Assembly: GCA_028279045.1 (NCBI GenBank)
Contig: JANQSZ010000016.1
Span: forward strand, 6,333 to 70,332
Reading direction: 5' to 3'
DNA from: Candidatus Nanoarchaeia archaeon
Lineage (GTDB): Archaea > Nanobdellota > Nanobdellia > Woesearchaeales > UBA10216
DNA: 64,000 nt
Positions 29,594-38,359 of the stretch are shown piece by piece. Each line of letters opens with the position of its first letter. The first letter of the stretch is position 1. The notes under the pieces were generated by a model, which was given only the letters and a program-made list of their open reading frames with translations, had not been told where the DNA came from and made no database searches. Position numbers and translations under genes: made by a program.

Positions 29594-31401
29594 CAGAGGT
29601 CACCTCTGAATTTAATGAAGAACAACTCAAACAGCAATAGTCCAAGGATAATAAGAATAATGAGTGGTTCCCAGCGTTTTTTTCCTGTTGTTTCTGTTTC
29701 TTCGGAGACAAATTCATCCAGTTCTGCTGCAATGTTGGCTGCACCAGCAACATTTGATTCGTCGCTGTTCAGCAAGCTAGATGCAATAACGCTCGATTCT
29801 GTTTCATACGTCCCAATCCTATCAAGGAACAAACTTTCTGTCTCAATAACTCCGCCTGGTGTACTCACTTGTTGACGCAAGAGCGGCACCAAAGTTCCGC
29901 TTGGTAAATTGATAAGCGTCAAATCTTCACTTTCAGTTAGGAAAGAGAGCAGCGAGCTCCAGAACACAGGATAATCAACATAACTCTTGAAATCACTTCC
30001 TTCATCAGGAATGCCATAGTAGAATATTTTGCCAGTTACTTCTTTTACTGCCAGCAATGGGTTTCCATCTTCTGTTCTCGCCAGGATGATAGTGTCTTTT
30101 TCCTGAGCAGCTTCATAGTACTCGTTAACTCTACCAAAACTTGTATCTTGTGTTAAGCTATTTTCAATCGCCGGAACAACACTTGATCCTTTCGCAACTT
30201 TGTTTCTCAAGGAGACAGGCATATTTTCAACATCGAATTTGTTGAAATTATCCTGTGCAACCACAACTAAAGATCCGCCATTCTTCACAAAGTTGTTCAT
30301 ATCCTTGTAATGACTCGATAGTATTTTCGTCGTATCTACTGTATGCAGAATAACAACATCTGCGCTATTAAAATCAGGTACAATCGGTGGTTGTGCAACT
30401 TGAAGTTGTATGATTGGCGAGGATTCCAATGCAAGTTGTACAGCGCTGTTTTCTTCATTCGTAATCAACACGACATTTGTTCGCAACGATTGTGGCGTAC
30501 TCAAGTAAAGAATATCATCGATAGCCAAACTATCATCTTCCTCAATTTGAATCTTTGAAATTCCAGGAAGTGTTTCAAAGGAGTATGATTTTACAGCATC
30601 AGGAAATACAGTTGCTTTCTTCGAGTCGACTATCTTGCCGTCTTGCACTAAATTAAGCGTAACTTCTCTATTCTCTTCATTAAAATTCTTTACAAGTACT
30701 TTTGTTTCGTCTTTTGCAATGTCTGATTCAACAATTCCAACATTTTCTGCTTCTCCGCCAATCTCAATAAACTCTACGCGAATATTATCTGCGTTAAGCG
30801 CTCGTTTCGCAACAAGGGGGTCTGGTCCGTCGGTGTGCAAGAAGTCGCTCAACACAATAACGATACCCGACTCGCCTTCAATTAAGTTGCGTGCTTCCAG
30901 CATCGCGTCTCCTAAATTAGTTGGCGTATCGAATGGCGAAAGGGAGTTGAGTGTTTCTTTCGCTTCGGCGCTGTTCCCTCCTTCCATAACCATTAAAGGC
31001 ACAGAAGATGCAAGCAGGATGCTTGTTTTTCCCTGCACAATATCACTTGCTTCGCTGATAATTTGATCAAATCTCAATTTCCCGTTCTCCACAACTTGTG
31101 AACTTGCAGAAACATCAATAACTAGCACAGTATGATCCGCGCTCAACCGTCCTGGTATTTCTGAAAACGGTTCTAAGATTGCAAGGGAAAGTAAAATGAG
31201 TAACAACATATGCAAAAGCAGCAGTAGGTTGTTGATGAATTTTTGAAAGAAATTAGTGTGCCGTTTCTGTCCTTTATCTTTGATGAAAAACATCAGCGAA
31301 GGGATATTTCTTTCCTTCAGTTTTGGCCGTATTAAGTAGAGTAGAATCAGTGGTATAATGCTAAGGAGGGCGTACCACCCAAGCGGATTGTCAAATGGCA
31401 T
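29593..31401 (-). CDS. BatA-like protein: the aerotolerance-regulator N-terminal membrane domain plus a vWA domain.
   Basis: N-terminus LLSIIPLILLYLIRPK (BatA_N-like) and vWA HTVLVIDVSASS. Confidence 0.75.
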   Translation of the reverse strand: MPFDNPLGWYALLSIIPLILLYLIRPKLKERNIPSLMFFIKDKGQKRHTNFFQKFINNLLLLLHMLLLILLSLAILEPFSEIPGRLSADHTVLVIDVSASSQVVENGKLRFDQIISEASDIVQGKTSILLASSVPLMVMEGGNSAEAKETLNSLSPFDTPTNLGDAMLEARNLIEGESGIVIVLSDFLHTDGPDPLVAKRALNADNIRVEFIEIGGEAENVGIVESDIAKDETKVLVKNFNEENREVTLNLVQDGKIVDSKKATVFPDAVKSYSFETLPGISKIQIEEDDSLAIDDILYLSTPQSLRTNVVLITNEENSAVQLALESSPIIQLQVAQPPIVPDFNSADVVILHTVDTTKILSSHYKDMNNFVKNGGSLVVVAQDNFNKFDVENMPVSLRNKVAKGSSVVPAIENSLTQDTSFGRVNEYYEAAQEKDTIILARTEDGNPLLAVKEVTGKIFYYGIPDEGSDFKSYVDYPVFWSSLLSFLTESEDLTLINLPSGTLVPLLRQQVSTPGGVIETESLFLDRIGTYETESSVIASSLLNSDESNVAGAANIAAELDEFVSEETETTGKKRWEPLIILIILGLLLFELFFIKFRGDL

Positions 31402-31413
31402 GGCATGACGTTA

Positions 31414-31581
31414 CTCGCCTTCGATTGTGTCGTCTTCGTCTTGTTCATATCCTTGCATGAAGCCTTCTTCAGCAGGATCTATCTCATCATCTTCAACAAG
31501 TTCTTCGCGACCTTCATCTTCGTAGACGTCGTCCTCATGTTCGCTATTTTCTATTTGCTCTTCAATTTCTTCGTCTGGCAT
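31414..31581 (-). CDS. Possible 56-aa highly acidic small protein (MPDEEIEEQIENSEHEDD...). It overlaps the 3' end of rnhB and is absent from the ORF track (under the 60-aa cutoff).
   Basis: ATG to TAA frame counted by hand; the composition is extremely acidic. It could be spurious. Confidence 0.2.
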
Positions 31582-32233
31582 TCCAATCCTCCAACGTGCT
31601 TTGTGTCTTTGGAGCTATGGCATCCTTGTACGTTTGCCATTCCTTCCTGAATATGTCAGGATAGTCAGCAGCATGCTTCTTCAAGAACTCCCTGGTATAG
31701 GGGTCTGATGAGTAGCCACTACCAAAATTCTTGCCAATCTGCTTTTTAATTGTTTCTATTTCCCTATCTCTAGTCACTTTAGCCAAAATCGACCCTGCAG
31801 CCACTTCAACATGGTGCAAATCCGCTTTATGCTCAATAACCAGCTCTTTGGGCTTCCAAGTCAACAAATTGTTCAGGAAGTCTCGGTATGCATCAATATT
31901 ATTGCTTGGTGCATCGATCACAACTCTATCTGGTTTCAGTTCATTGATCATTTTGGCCTGCTGTTGCGCTTCCAACCAATTCAAGTTTGAGTTTGGCGAT
32001 CGCAGGGCTTCATCAATTTCTGCTGGAAACACGCTGATGATCATCTCCTTGTTTGCCAGTGCCATGATCCGATCAAACAAATCCCCTCTTTTCACCGGGC
32101 TCAGTAATTTAGAATCGGTAACACCTAAGTTTTCAAATCGCTGTTTGGTATCTTCATCCGCAACAACACCCGCAACGACCAAAGGACCGATGACAGGTCC
32201 TCTTCCGGCCTCATCAATTCCCAGACTTAGCAT
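31562..32233 (-). CDS. rnhB: Ribonuclease HII.
   Basis: LGIDEAGRGPVIGPLVVAGV active-site motif; 223 aa. Confidence 0.9.
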   Translation of the reverse strand: MLSLGIDEAGRGPVIGPLVVAGVVADEDTKQRFENLGVTDSKLLSPVKRGDLFDRIMALANKEMIISVFPAEIDEALRSPNSNLNWLEAQQQAKMINELKPDRVVIDAPSNNIDAYRDFLNNLLTWKPKELVIEHKADLHHVEVAAGSILAKVTRDREIETIKKQIGKNFGSGYSSDPYTREFLKKHAADYPDIFRKEWQTYKDAIAPKTQSTLEDWNARRRN

Positions 32234-33185
32234 TTTCTACGTTTAAATGAACAAGGGTTTTCTTTTGATTTGTTGACAGTTTTGTTCTCGACACATTTTT
32301 AATTCGTCCTTGTTCAATATCCCTGACTAAAGTATTCACGAATTGGTAAAGTTCCCTGTTTAAATCACTTTGCGTGATAATGCCTGTCATCTTGCCCGAT
32401 AAATTCATGACCGGCAATCTTCTAAATCCATTTCGAATCATGATTTGGTTGGCTTCGAAAATTGAAAACAGCCCCGGTACAGTTACAATGTTTTGTGCAC
32501 ATACATCTTTTATTTTTACGCCATCCATGTTTCCCGGTGCTCGCACCAATGCACGCACAAAATCTCGTTCAGTAAACATTCCGATTGGTTTTTTCCCGTG
32601 CACAACAGGCAAGCTTCCAAACTTTTTCCTAGTCATGACTTTAACAGCATCCTTGACTTTTGTTTCCTGCGTAACCGTGTACACTGGACTGCTCTGAATA
32701 TCTTCAGTTTTAGGAGTATTATCCATATCCAACAACAAACTGTCTCCCAACGCAAATACCCTGACTAAGTCAGATTGCGTGAGTATGCCAACAAGTTTCC
32801 CATCGCTGACCACAGGCAATTTGCGAATTTTGTTCTCAACAAGAATTTTATTTGCTTCTCGCAATGTCGCATCTGGCCGCACGCTAATAACACCTTTCGA
32901 CATTATTTTCGAAACAGTTGTGCTGTACAGCTCCTTCTCTTTCATGAGTTTAGGTGATTTGTATACAAAATCTCGCTCGCTCAGTATGCCAACAAGTTCA
33001 TCGCCGTTCATCACTGGAAGCGCCCCAAAATTATGCTTCGTCATGATAGCAGCTGCTTCCAAAATAACAGAACTCGGCTCTGTGGTGATTGGTTTCTTCA
33101 TGATATTGTGCACTTTCTTATCCACAATACTCAGGATATCTTTCTGTAAAGATTCCACAGAATCCCTTCTTCCAAATGGCCACAT
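32214..33185 (-). CDS. CBS-domain protein (four CBS motifs, two Bateman pairs).
   Basis: Repeated ..ILSERDFV.., ..ILTQSDLV.., ..FTERDFV.. and ..IITQSDL.. CBS signatures. Confidence 0.85.
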   Translation of the reverse strand: MWPFGRRDSVESLQKDILSIVDKKVHNIMKKPITTEPSSVILEAAAIMTKHNFGALPVMNGDELVGILSERDFVYKSPKLMKEKELYSTTVSKIMSKGVISVRPDATLREANKILVENKIRKLPVVSDGKLVGILTQSDLVRVFALGDSLLLDMDNTPKTEDIQSSPVYTVTQETKVKDAVKVMTRKKFGSLPVVHGKKPIGMFTERDFVRALVRAPGNMDGVKIKDVCAQNIVTVPGLFSIFEANQIMIRNGFRRLPVMNLSGKMTGIITQSDLNRELYQFVNTLVRDIEQGRIKNVSRTKLSTNQKKTLVHLNVENAKSGN

Positions 33186-33292
33186 ACCTTCTTCCTAGGT
33201 AACCTGCTTTAAAAGGGTGTCGATCAAGTTCCGGACGCCACTGGACAAGTGCCCGACTAGGGTATTTAAGTGATGAGAACACGTAAAGTTCC

Positions 33293-34105
33293 ATGGAAAA
33301 GATTGATCTCTCAGAGATTTCTCCTTCAAGATCCGATGCTAGGAGGGAGATAATAGTTCCCGAAGTATACTCTGCTGATTTAGCCTATTTTTGTGGCTTG
33401 ATGGCAGGTGATGGCAATATAACGTTTCGGCCAGTAAAGCGTTATACAATAAAATGTTCAGGAAACCCTGTTGATGAGATCTCGTTCTATGAAACCATAG
33501 TGTCTCCTTTAGTTGAAAAGTTGTTCAACATCAAACCAAAATGCAGATTTGTTTCTGGAGGCACCTACGGTTTTACACTAGATTCAAAATTAATTTGTCT
33601 TTTTTTGGTGAAATGTTTGGGATTGCCTGCAAATAGAAAGTACGAAAAGTTAAGAATTCCTGATTGGGTAAGAGCCAAAGAAGAATTTTTAGTGGCGTAT
33701 CTTCGAGGACTATCTGACACAGATTTTTCATTGAGTTTAAAGAAAAGGTATAAAGATGTTGGCTACTACCCTGTCATAACTGGGTGTTCTAACAGTAAGA
33801 GGTATATGCAGGACGTTGCAGCGGTACTAGAAGCATTTGGAATTGCTGTGTCGCGATCATTTGATGTAAAGCAGGAGGACGTTAGGGCAAAAGCAGGGCA
33901 TACAATAACACATAGAGTTCATATTTATGGTCATACAGAATTGATGAAATGGATGAATACGATTGGGTTTTCAAGTCCTAAGCATCTTGCAAAGTTTGAA
34001 CTCTGGAAGGAGCGAAACAGAGAGAGCAAGTGGGAAAAAGTTCAGAGTGCCTTGAATGAGGCGAAAAGTATGCAAAGGCCACTCATAACGGCCCCTGCGT
34101 TATAG
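33293..34105 (+). CDS. Free-standing LAGLIDADG homing endonuclease (two-motif monomeric type).
   Basis: Motif 1 LAYFCGLMAGDGNI and motif 2 VAYLRGLSDTDFSL about 100 aa apart. TATA-like TATTTAAG about 25 nt upstream. Confidence 0.8.
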   Translation: MEKIDLSEISPSRSDARREIIVPEVYSADLAYFCGLMAGDGNITFRPVKRYTIKCSGNPVDEISFYETIVSPLVEKLFNIKPKCRFVSGGTYGFTLDSKLICLFLVKCLGLPANRKYEKLRIPDWVRAKEEFLVAYLRGLSDTDFSLSLKKRYKDVGYYPVITGCSNSKRYMQDVAAVLEAFGIAVSRSFDVKQEDVRAKAGHTITHRVHIYGHTELMKWMNTIGFSSPKHLAKFELWKERNRESKWEKVQSALNEAKSMQRPLITAPAL

Positions 34106-34208
34106 CGGGGAGTGGATTTGAATTCGGCGAGTGGCACGTTTTCTTGCCACTCTCCACCGACCTGTGGGTTATGAGCCCACCGGGCACTCCTAGCTGCCCC
34201 ACCCCGCT
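34103..34208 (-). tRNA. Initiator tRNA-Met (anticodon CAU) containing a non-canonical intron of about 31 nt in the T-arm (about position 53/54). No CCA is encoded.
   Basis: Hand-folded. Acceptor stem AGCGGGG/CCCCGCT with the A1:U72 initiator pair, U8, D-stem GGGC/GCCC, anticodon stem GUGGG/CCCAC with three consecutive G-C pairs, and loop CUCAUAA. T-stem GGUGG/CCACU is interrupted by AGAGTGGCAAGAAAACGTGCCACTCGCCGAA (34123-34153) before the TTCAAAT T-loop. Confidence 0.75.
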
Positions 34209-34233
34209 ATTGAATAATCGAATTAACAGTGGC

Positions 34234-34241
34234 TTTATAAA
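34234..34241. promoter_or_regulatory. Palindromic TATA box TTTATAAA positioned to drive both the tRNAiMet (minus, about 25 nt to its 5' end) and the EamA gene (plus, about 23 nt to the ATG).
   Basis: Distances measured in the sequence; the octamer reads the same on both strands. Confidence 0.4.
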
Positions 34242-34263
34242 CATTTAGGCTGGTCCTTCCTAT

Positions 34264-35118
34264 ATGGGAACTGAATTATTTGGGTTGGCAGCAGCGATTA
34301 CCCTTTCCTTTAGCGCTATTCTGATCCGCCATGGCCTGAGCAAACATCCCTACACGTTCAGCAACATCTGGTGGTCGCTCACGGGTGTTTCCGCAGTGTG
34401 GCTTATTGTTCTTCTGTTACAATTTTCCTTGCCCACCAAAGAGTCGCTTCCAATCTTCGCTCTCCGCGGCATTCTAGAACCAGGACTAGCATCAATCCTT
34501 TTGTTCACTGCCTTTCGAAAGTTAGGTGTATCCGTTGTCATCCCAATCATTGCAGCATCTCCTTTAGTTGCTACGGCAATTTCCGTTTTTTGGCTAGGAG
34601 AAATATTGACAGTTCCAATTATTCTCGGTACACTCTTTATCATTGCAGGCGTAGTGTTTATCTCGAGAAATCATGAGGTTGCAAAAGTAAATCCGAAATA
34701 TGTCGTAATGGCTGTAGCTGGCTCAACGTGTATCGGCGTCGCTGCTCCAATAACTCGTTTTGGATTACTGCAATCCAATACACCCTTGTCTGGATTAGCC
34801 GTTTCTTTGACCGCTGCATTCTTCACCATCCTTTTTGCAATTCTGTTAACAAGAAAATGGAATACAATCCCGCGTACATTTGAAAAGATTCGCTGGTTCA
34901 TTCTCGCAAGTTTGTTATCAACAACTGGATTCCTCTTTTTGTTTCTCGCATTAACCGATGCGCCCGTATCTATTGTGCAGCCACTCTCTTCCACTCAACC
35001 TCTTTTTGCGTTGTTCATTTCCTGGATTTTTCTCAAGAAGGAAGAGCACATCACGAAAGAGATCGTTATCGGCACTATAGCTGTAGTTGCCGGAGCTGTC
35101 TTTTTGACTGCATTATGA
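34264..35118 (+). CDS. EamA/DMT-superfamily transporter (10 TM).
   Basis: Two repeated 5-TM EamA-like halves; 284 aa. Confidence 0.8.
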   Translation: MGTELFGLAAAITLSFSAILIRHGLSKHPYTFSNIWWSLTGVSAVWLIVLLLQFSLPTKESLPIFALRGILEPGLASILLFTAFRKLGVSVVIPIIAASPLVATAISVFWLGEILTVPIILGTLFIIAGVVFISRNHEVAKVNPKYVVMAVAGSTCIGVAAPITRFGLLQSNTPLSGLAVSLTAAFFTILFAILLTRKWNTIPRTFEKIRWFILASLLSTTGFLFLFLALTDAPVSIVQPLSSTQPLFALFISWIFLKKEEHITKEIVIGTIAVVAGAVFLTAL

Positions 35119-35125
35119 GGTAACC

Positions 35126-35133
35126 TTTAAAAA
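35126..35133 (+). promoter_or_regulatory. TATA-like box TTTAAAAA about 27 nt upstream of the tRNA-Ser 5' end.
   Basis: Spacing fits an archaeal promoter. Confidence 0.35.
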
Positions 35134-35159
35134 GCAAGACACGACCCAACTCTTGTAAT

Positions 35160-35285
35160 GCCGCGGTCGCATAGCCTGGCCATTGCGTTAGATTGCTATC
35201 AGCTTATTGTTGATCAGAGACTTACAATGGCCTGCAAAGATCTAATGTCTTCACGGACACGGGGGTTCAAATCCCCCCCGCGGCG
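35160..35285 (+). tRNA. tRNA-Ser (anticodon GCU) with a long variable arm and an anticodon-loop intron of about 41 nt (about 35199-35239). It is followed by a T-tract.
   Basis: Hand-folded. Acceptor GCCGCGG/CCGCGGC plus discriminator G; anticodon stem UUAGA/UCUAA split by the intron after UUGCUA; variable arm UGUCUUCACGGACAC; T-arm GGGGG-TTCAAAT-CCCCC. Confidence 0.75.
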
Positions 35286-35345
35286 TTTTATTTCTTGGAG
35301 AGATGGTGGAAAAGTTTATTATACATCATTCTGTTCACTTTGAGT

Positions 35346-35558
35346 ATGAAATGTCGTAAGTGCCAAGCAGAGATGGAGGATGGAACTGTAGGCCTCTTTG
35401 GGAAAGGCGTGTTGACGTCCATGTACTGGGCTAAGAAAATTGGATTACTTAGCACTGAGGATAAACAGCCTATACTGAATATGACGAGCAAAAAAAGAGC
35501 ACCCGCGAACATATGTAAAAGTTGTAAAATTGTCGAAATTAGTTATGGTGGCAAGTAA
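35346..35558 (+). CDS. Small Zn-ribbon protein (MKCRKCQ...CKSCK), hypothetical.
   Basis: Two CxxC pairs. The start was moved to an internal Met to clear the tRNA. Confidence 0.4.
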   Translation: MKCRKCQAEMEDGTVGLFGKGVLTSMYWAKKIGLLSTEDKQPILNMTSKKRAPANICKSCKIVEISYGGK

Positions 35559-35647
35559 GAATTAGCAGGGCGTTACGCCATCATGTTCCGTGGCCTCCCC
35601 GCGGCGCTCCAATCACTTTTTATACTTGAACCATAACCAGCAATAAA

Positions 35648-36037
35648 ATGACAGAAAGAAATGTTGTCGGATGGTTTGAGATTCCTGTTTCCGATATGGA
35701 TCGCGCTGTGAAGTTCTACAATGATCTTTTTGGGTTCAGTTTAGAAGCATCTCCTTTTGGTGGAGATCAAATTGCAATGTTTCCTGCTGATTTTGAAAAA
35801 GATCCGCCTGGCGCAGCTGGATGTTTGTACAAAGGCAAAGATGCAATACCAGGCAGTTCCGGCACCATTGTCTATTTTACCTCTCCTAGCGGCGATTGCG
35901 CGAATGAATTAAAAAAAGCGCATGAATTGGGAGCTAAAGTAATAATGGAAAAAACAGAAATACCAGATGGGCACGGTTTCTTTACCCTTATACAAGACAG
36001 TGAAGGGAACCGTATTGCCATACATTCTCAGCAATAA
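35648..36037 (+). CDS. VOC-family (glyoxalase/bleomycin-resistance fold) protein.
   Basis: The N-terminus VGWFEIPVSDMDRAVKFYNDLFGF is typical of VOC proteins; 129 aa. Confidence 0.8.
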   Translation: MTERNVVGWFEIPVSDMDRAVKFYNDLFGFSLEASPFGGDQIAMFPADFEKDPPGAAGCLYKGKDAIPGSSGTIVYFTSPSGDCANELKKAHELGAKVIMEKTEIPDGHGFFTLIQDSEGNRIAIHSQQ

Positions 36038-36038
36038 A

Positions 36039-37052
36039 CTATCTCAACAGCCGCGCTGCATTCTCAATATCAGCTTTTTTGTCGCTTGCATGTAACTGTT
36101 TAAGTTTACTGATCCACCGAAGTCGATCCAGAAAAGACATTTTTCCAATAAGCACAATTTGTGAATTCTCAGTTTCATCTTCTTCAATTGCGATCATTCC
36201 CGACGCATATTGGAAGCGGTACGGTTGTTCATCCCCCAAGAAGTGAACAAATCCTTTTGCACGATAAATACTACGCGGAAGGTTGTCGATAAATTTGTCA
36301 AACTTATTCCTATCAAGCGGTTGTGTTGTTTCATACGATACCGAGTTCACTCCGCTCTTTTTGATATGCTTACTTGAGTCATCCAGCGCCCACGCTGGAA
36401 AAAGAGTGCCAAGCATCGTCTTGAAGGCAGACGTGCGAGGTTGCGGCAGAGCGACGCTTGGCAACTCATCAATGTCCGAAAAATAAAGACTGCCTTGTTC
36501 AGAAAGCATCATTTTTGCTATCGGGTTAAGGCGATGAACCGAATGACCAAGATATTCAAGCAGCGTATCCGAAACCAGGTCGATTTTGTTAATGACAACA
36601 AGTGAACTCAACATGATTTGTTTCTTTGCGATTTTCCCAAATCCGCTACTATCGGCAAATCGTTTTGAGTCCACAACAGTTATGATTCCTCCAAACGATG
36701 CGCCAACATCCTTTACTGTTTGAAGTAATGGTTCAATGCTCGCTACTCCAGATGTTTCAATCAAGATAAGTTCAGGATCATAGTTTTTCATTAGATGACG
36801 TAGTGTTTCACGCAGTTCTGTTTTCTTTGTGCAGCACACACAACCATTGCTCAACTGTTTAATTTCAACTCCGTCTTGCGTCAACATTTTACCGTCAACA
36901 CCAATAACTGCAAATTCGTTAACAACAACAGCAACATTTCGTTCTTCCGGAATAGTCTTCAAAATATTGTTGAGCGTTGTTGTTTTTCCTGCACCCAGGA
37001 ATCCGGTGATAATTTTTACAGTTGTCATGTTACAAATTGTGGAGCCAGGCAT
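36039..37052 (-). CDS. COG0523-family GTPase (CobW/ZNG1-like metal chaperone).
   Basis: Walker A GFLGAGKTT and a GCVCCTKK CxCC metal motif. Confidence 0.85.
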   Translation of the reverse strand: MPGSTICNMTTVKIITGFLGAGKTTTLNNILKTIPEERNVAVVVNEFAVIGVDGKMLTQDGVEIKQLSNGCVCCTKKTELRETLRHLMKNYDPELILIETSGVASIEPLLQTVKDVGASFGGIITVVDSKRFADSSGFGKIAKKQIMLSSLVVINKIDLVSDTLLEYLGHSVHRLNPIAKMMLSEQGSLYFSDIDELPSVALPQPRTSAFKTMLGTLFPAWALDDSSKHIKKSGVNSVSYETTQPLDRNKFDKFIDNLPRSIYRAKGFVHFLGDEQPYRFQYASGMIAIEEDETENSQIVLIGKMSFLDRLRWISKLKQLHASDKKADIENAARLLR

Positions 37053-37383
37053 CGGCCCACATGGTGATTACAGTAAGCATAAAGAGTTGAAAGGTCATTC
37101 CAACGAAAACACTGATAGACATGAACACAGCAGATCCAAGTCCAACCCAGCATTTGAAGCATCCAAATTGCTCAGACCATGCCTGCAGCAGCCGCAGCAC
37201 CAGGAATGCGCCCGCAATAAAAAGGAAAAATGGAAGGCTGATGAACGCGTGAATAATCAGCAGGAGTGTGAACCCTGCATAGATGATGCCTCTTGGCGTT
37301 AACAGTATGTCAAGTGCTTTCATGCCCATAGAGAGTAGGAAGGGGTTAATAATGTTTTCGATTTTGTTAATAATAATTCGCAA
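37030..37383 (-). CDS. Small membrane protein (3-4 TM), hypothetical.
   Basis: Hydrophobic helices; start uncertain. Confidence 0.35.
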   Translation of the reverse strand: MRIIINKIENIINPFLLSMGMKALDILLTPRGIIYAGFTLLLIIHAFISLPFFLFIAGAFLVLRLLQAWSEQFGCFKCWVGLGSAVFMSISVFVGMTFQLFMLTVITMWADAWLHNL

Positions 37384-37415
37384 AATTAATAAAGAAGTTA
37401 ATAATTCTGGGGTAT

Positions 37416-37802
37416 ATGGCTGATATTATTAGCATGTCCTTGAATCCTGATCTTCGCAGTGAACTAGACCTCATTTCGAAGGAGATGGGCTTCTCTGGCA
37501 GGAGCGATGTACTCCGCGCCGGGTTGCGAATGTTGATTGAGGACCACAGGCAGAAGAAGAAGCTTTCTGGAAAGGTTGACGCAGCTTTGCTAGTCATGCA
37601 TGCCGAGCAGCACTCAACATCTGTATCCAGTTTGGAACACAAATATCAAGCAATAACAAAGACACAGGTTCACAATGTCCTTGCAAATGGTAAGTGCTTG
37701 GAAATCTTTATCTTGTCCGGAGATGCAACAGAAGTGCACAAAATGGCTGATGAATTTCAGGCAAACAAAGACATGATTATGGTAAAGCTCATTGCATCGT
37801 AG
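37416..37802 (+). CDS. nikR: NikR-like nickel-responsive regulator (RHH DNA-binding domain plus C-terminal metal-binding domain).
   Basis: RHH ISMSLNPDLRSELDLISKEMGFSGRSDVLRAGLRML and C-terminal ..H..QVHNV...GKCLEIFILSGD..VHKMADEF align with the E. coli NikR motifs. Confidence 0.7.
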   Translation: MADIISMSLNPDLRSELDLISKEMGFSGRSDVLRAGLRMLIEDHRQKKKLSGKVDAALLVMHAEQHSTSVSSLEHKYQAITKTQVHNVLANGKCLEIFILSGDATEVHKMADEFQANKDMIMVKLIAS

Positions 37803-37807
37803 AACAA

Positions 37808-38359
37808 ATGTCAGATAACGAAGCAAATTTCTCATTTGACGAAACGTACGGAAAGAACAGAGAGATGTTCGGCCACCCATACAAAGAACTGCAGGACTAT
37901 TTCCGCGCTCAACCAAAAGGTTCTGTACTCGATATTGGTTCTGGGCAAGGCCGTGACGCACTATTCCTTGCATCTCTAGGCTACAACGTTACTGCAGTTG
38001 ATATTTCCAAGGTCGGCATCCAACAAATGCTCGAACAAAACCCAAACATTACCGGTATTGTTGCTGATATTCTCAAATTCGAAACCAACAACACATACGA
38101 TATGGTGCTGTTCGACATGGTTCTGCACGGATTCGATCAAGAACAACGCGAGTTACTTCTAAAGAGATTCGCCAAGAACACCAACTGCATCTGCATAGTC
38201 GCTCCAGACAAAGAAGATGCGCAAAAGCTATCACAAATTCTCAACGAAAACTGGAAAGTCACCGACGAGATGACTGTCAAGGATACACCAAAGCTTCCAG
38301 GAGAAACCGAAGAATACGTGTTTGAAATGGTAATTCTAAAACAATCCGAACTTTCCTAG
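37808..38359 (+). CDS. Class I SAM-dependent methyltransferase.
   Basis: Motif I VLDIGSGQGRDALFLA and post-I VTAVDIS. Confidence 0.8.
   Translation: MSDNEANFSFDETYGKNREMFGHPYKELQDYFRAQPKGSVLDIGSGQGRDALFLASLGYNVTAVDISKVGIQQMLEQNPNITGIVADILKFETNNTYDMVLFDMVLHGFDQEQRELLLKRFAKNTNCICIVAPDKEDAQKLSQILNENWKVTDEMTVKDTPKLPGETEEYVFEMVILKQSELS

Noticed and set aside
35158-35343. 61-aa ORF from the track.
   Set aside because: It overlaps tRNA-Ser(GCU) completely.
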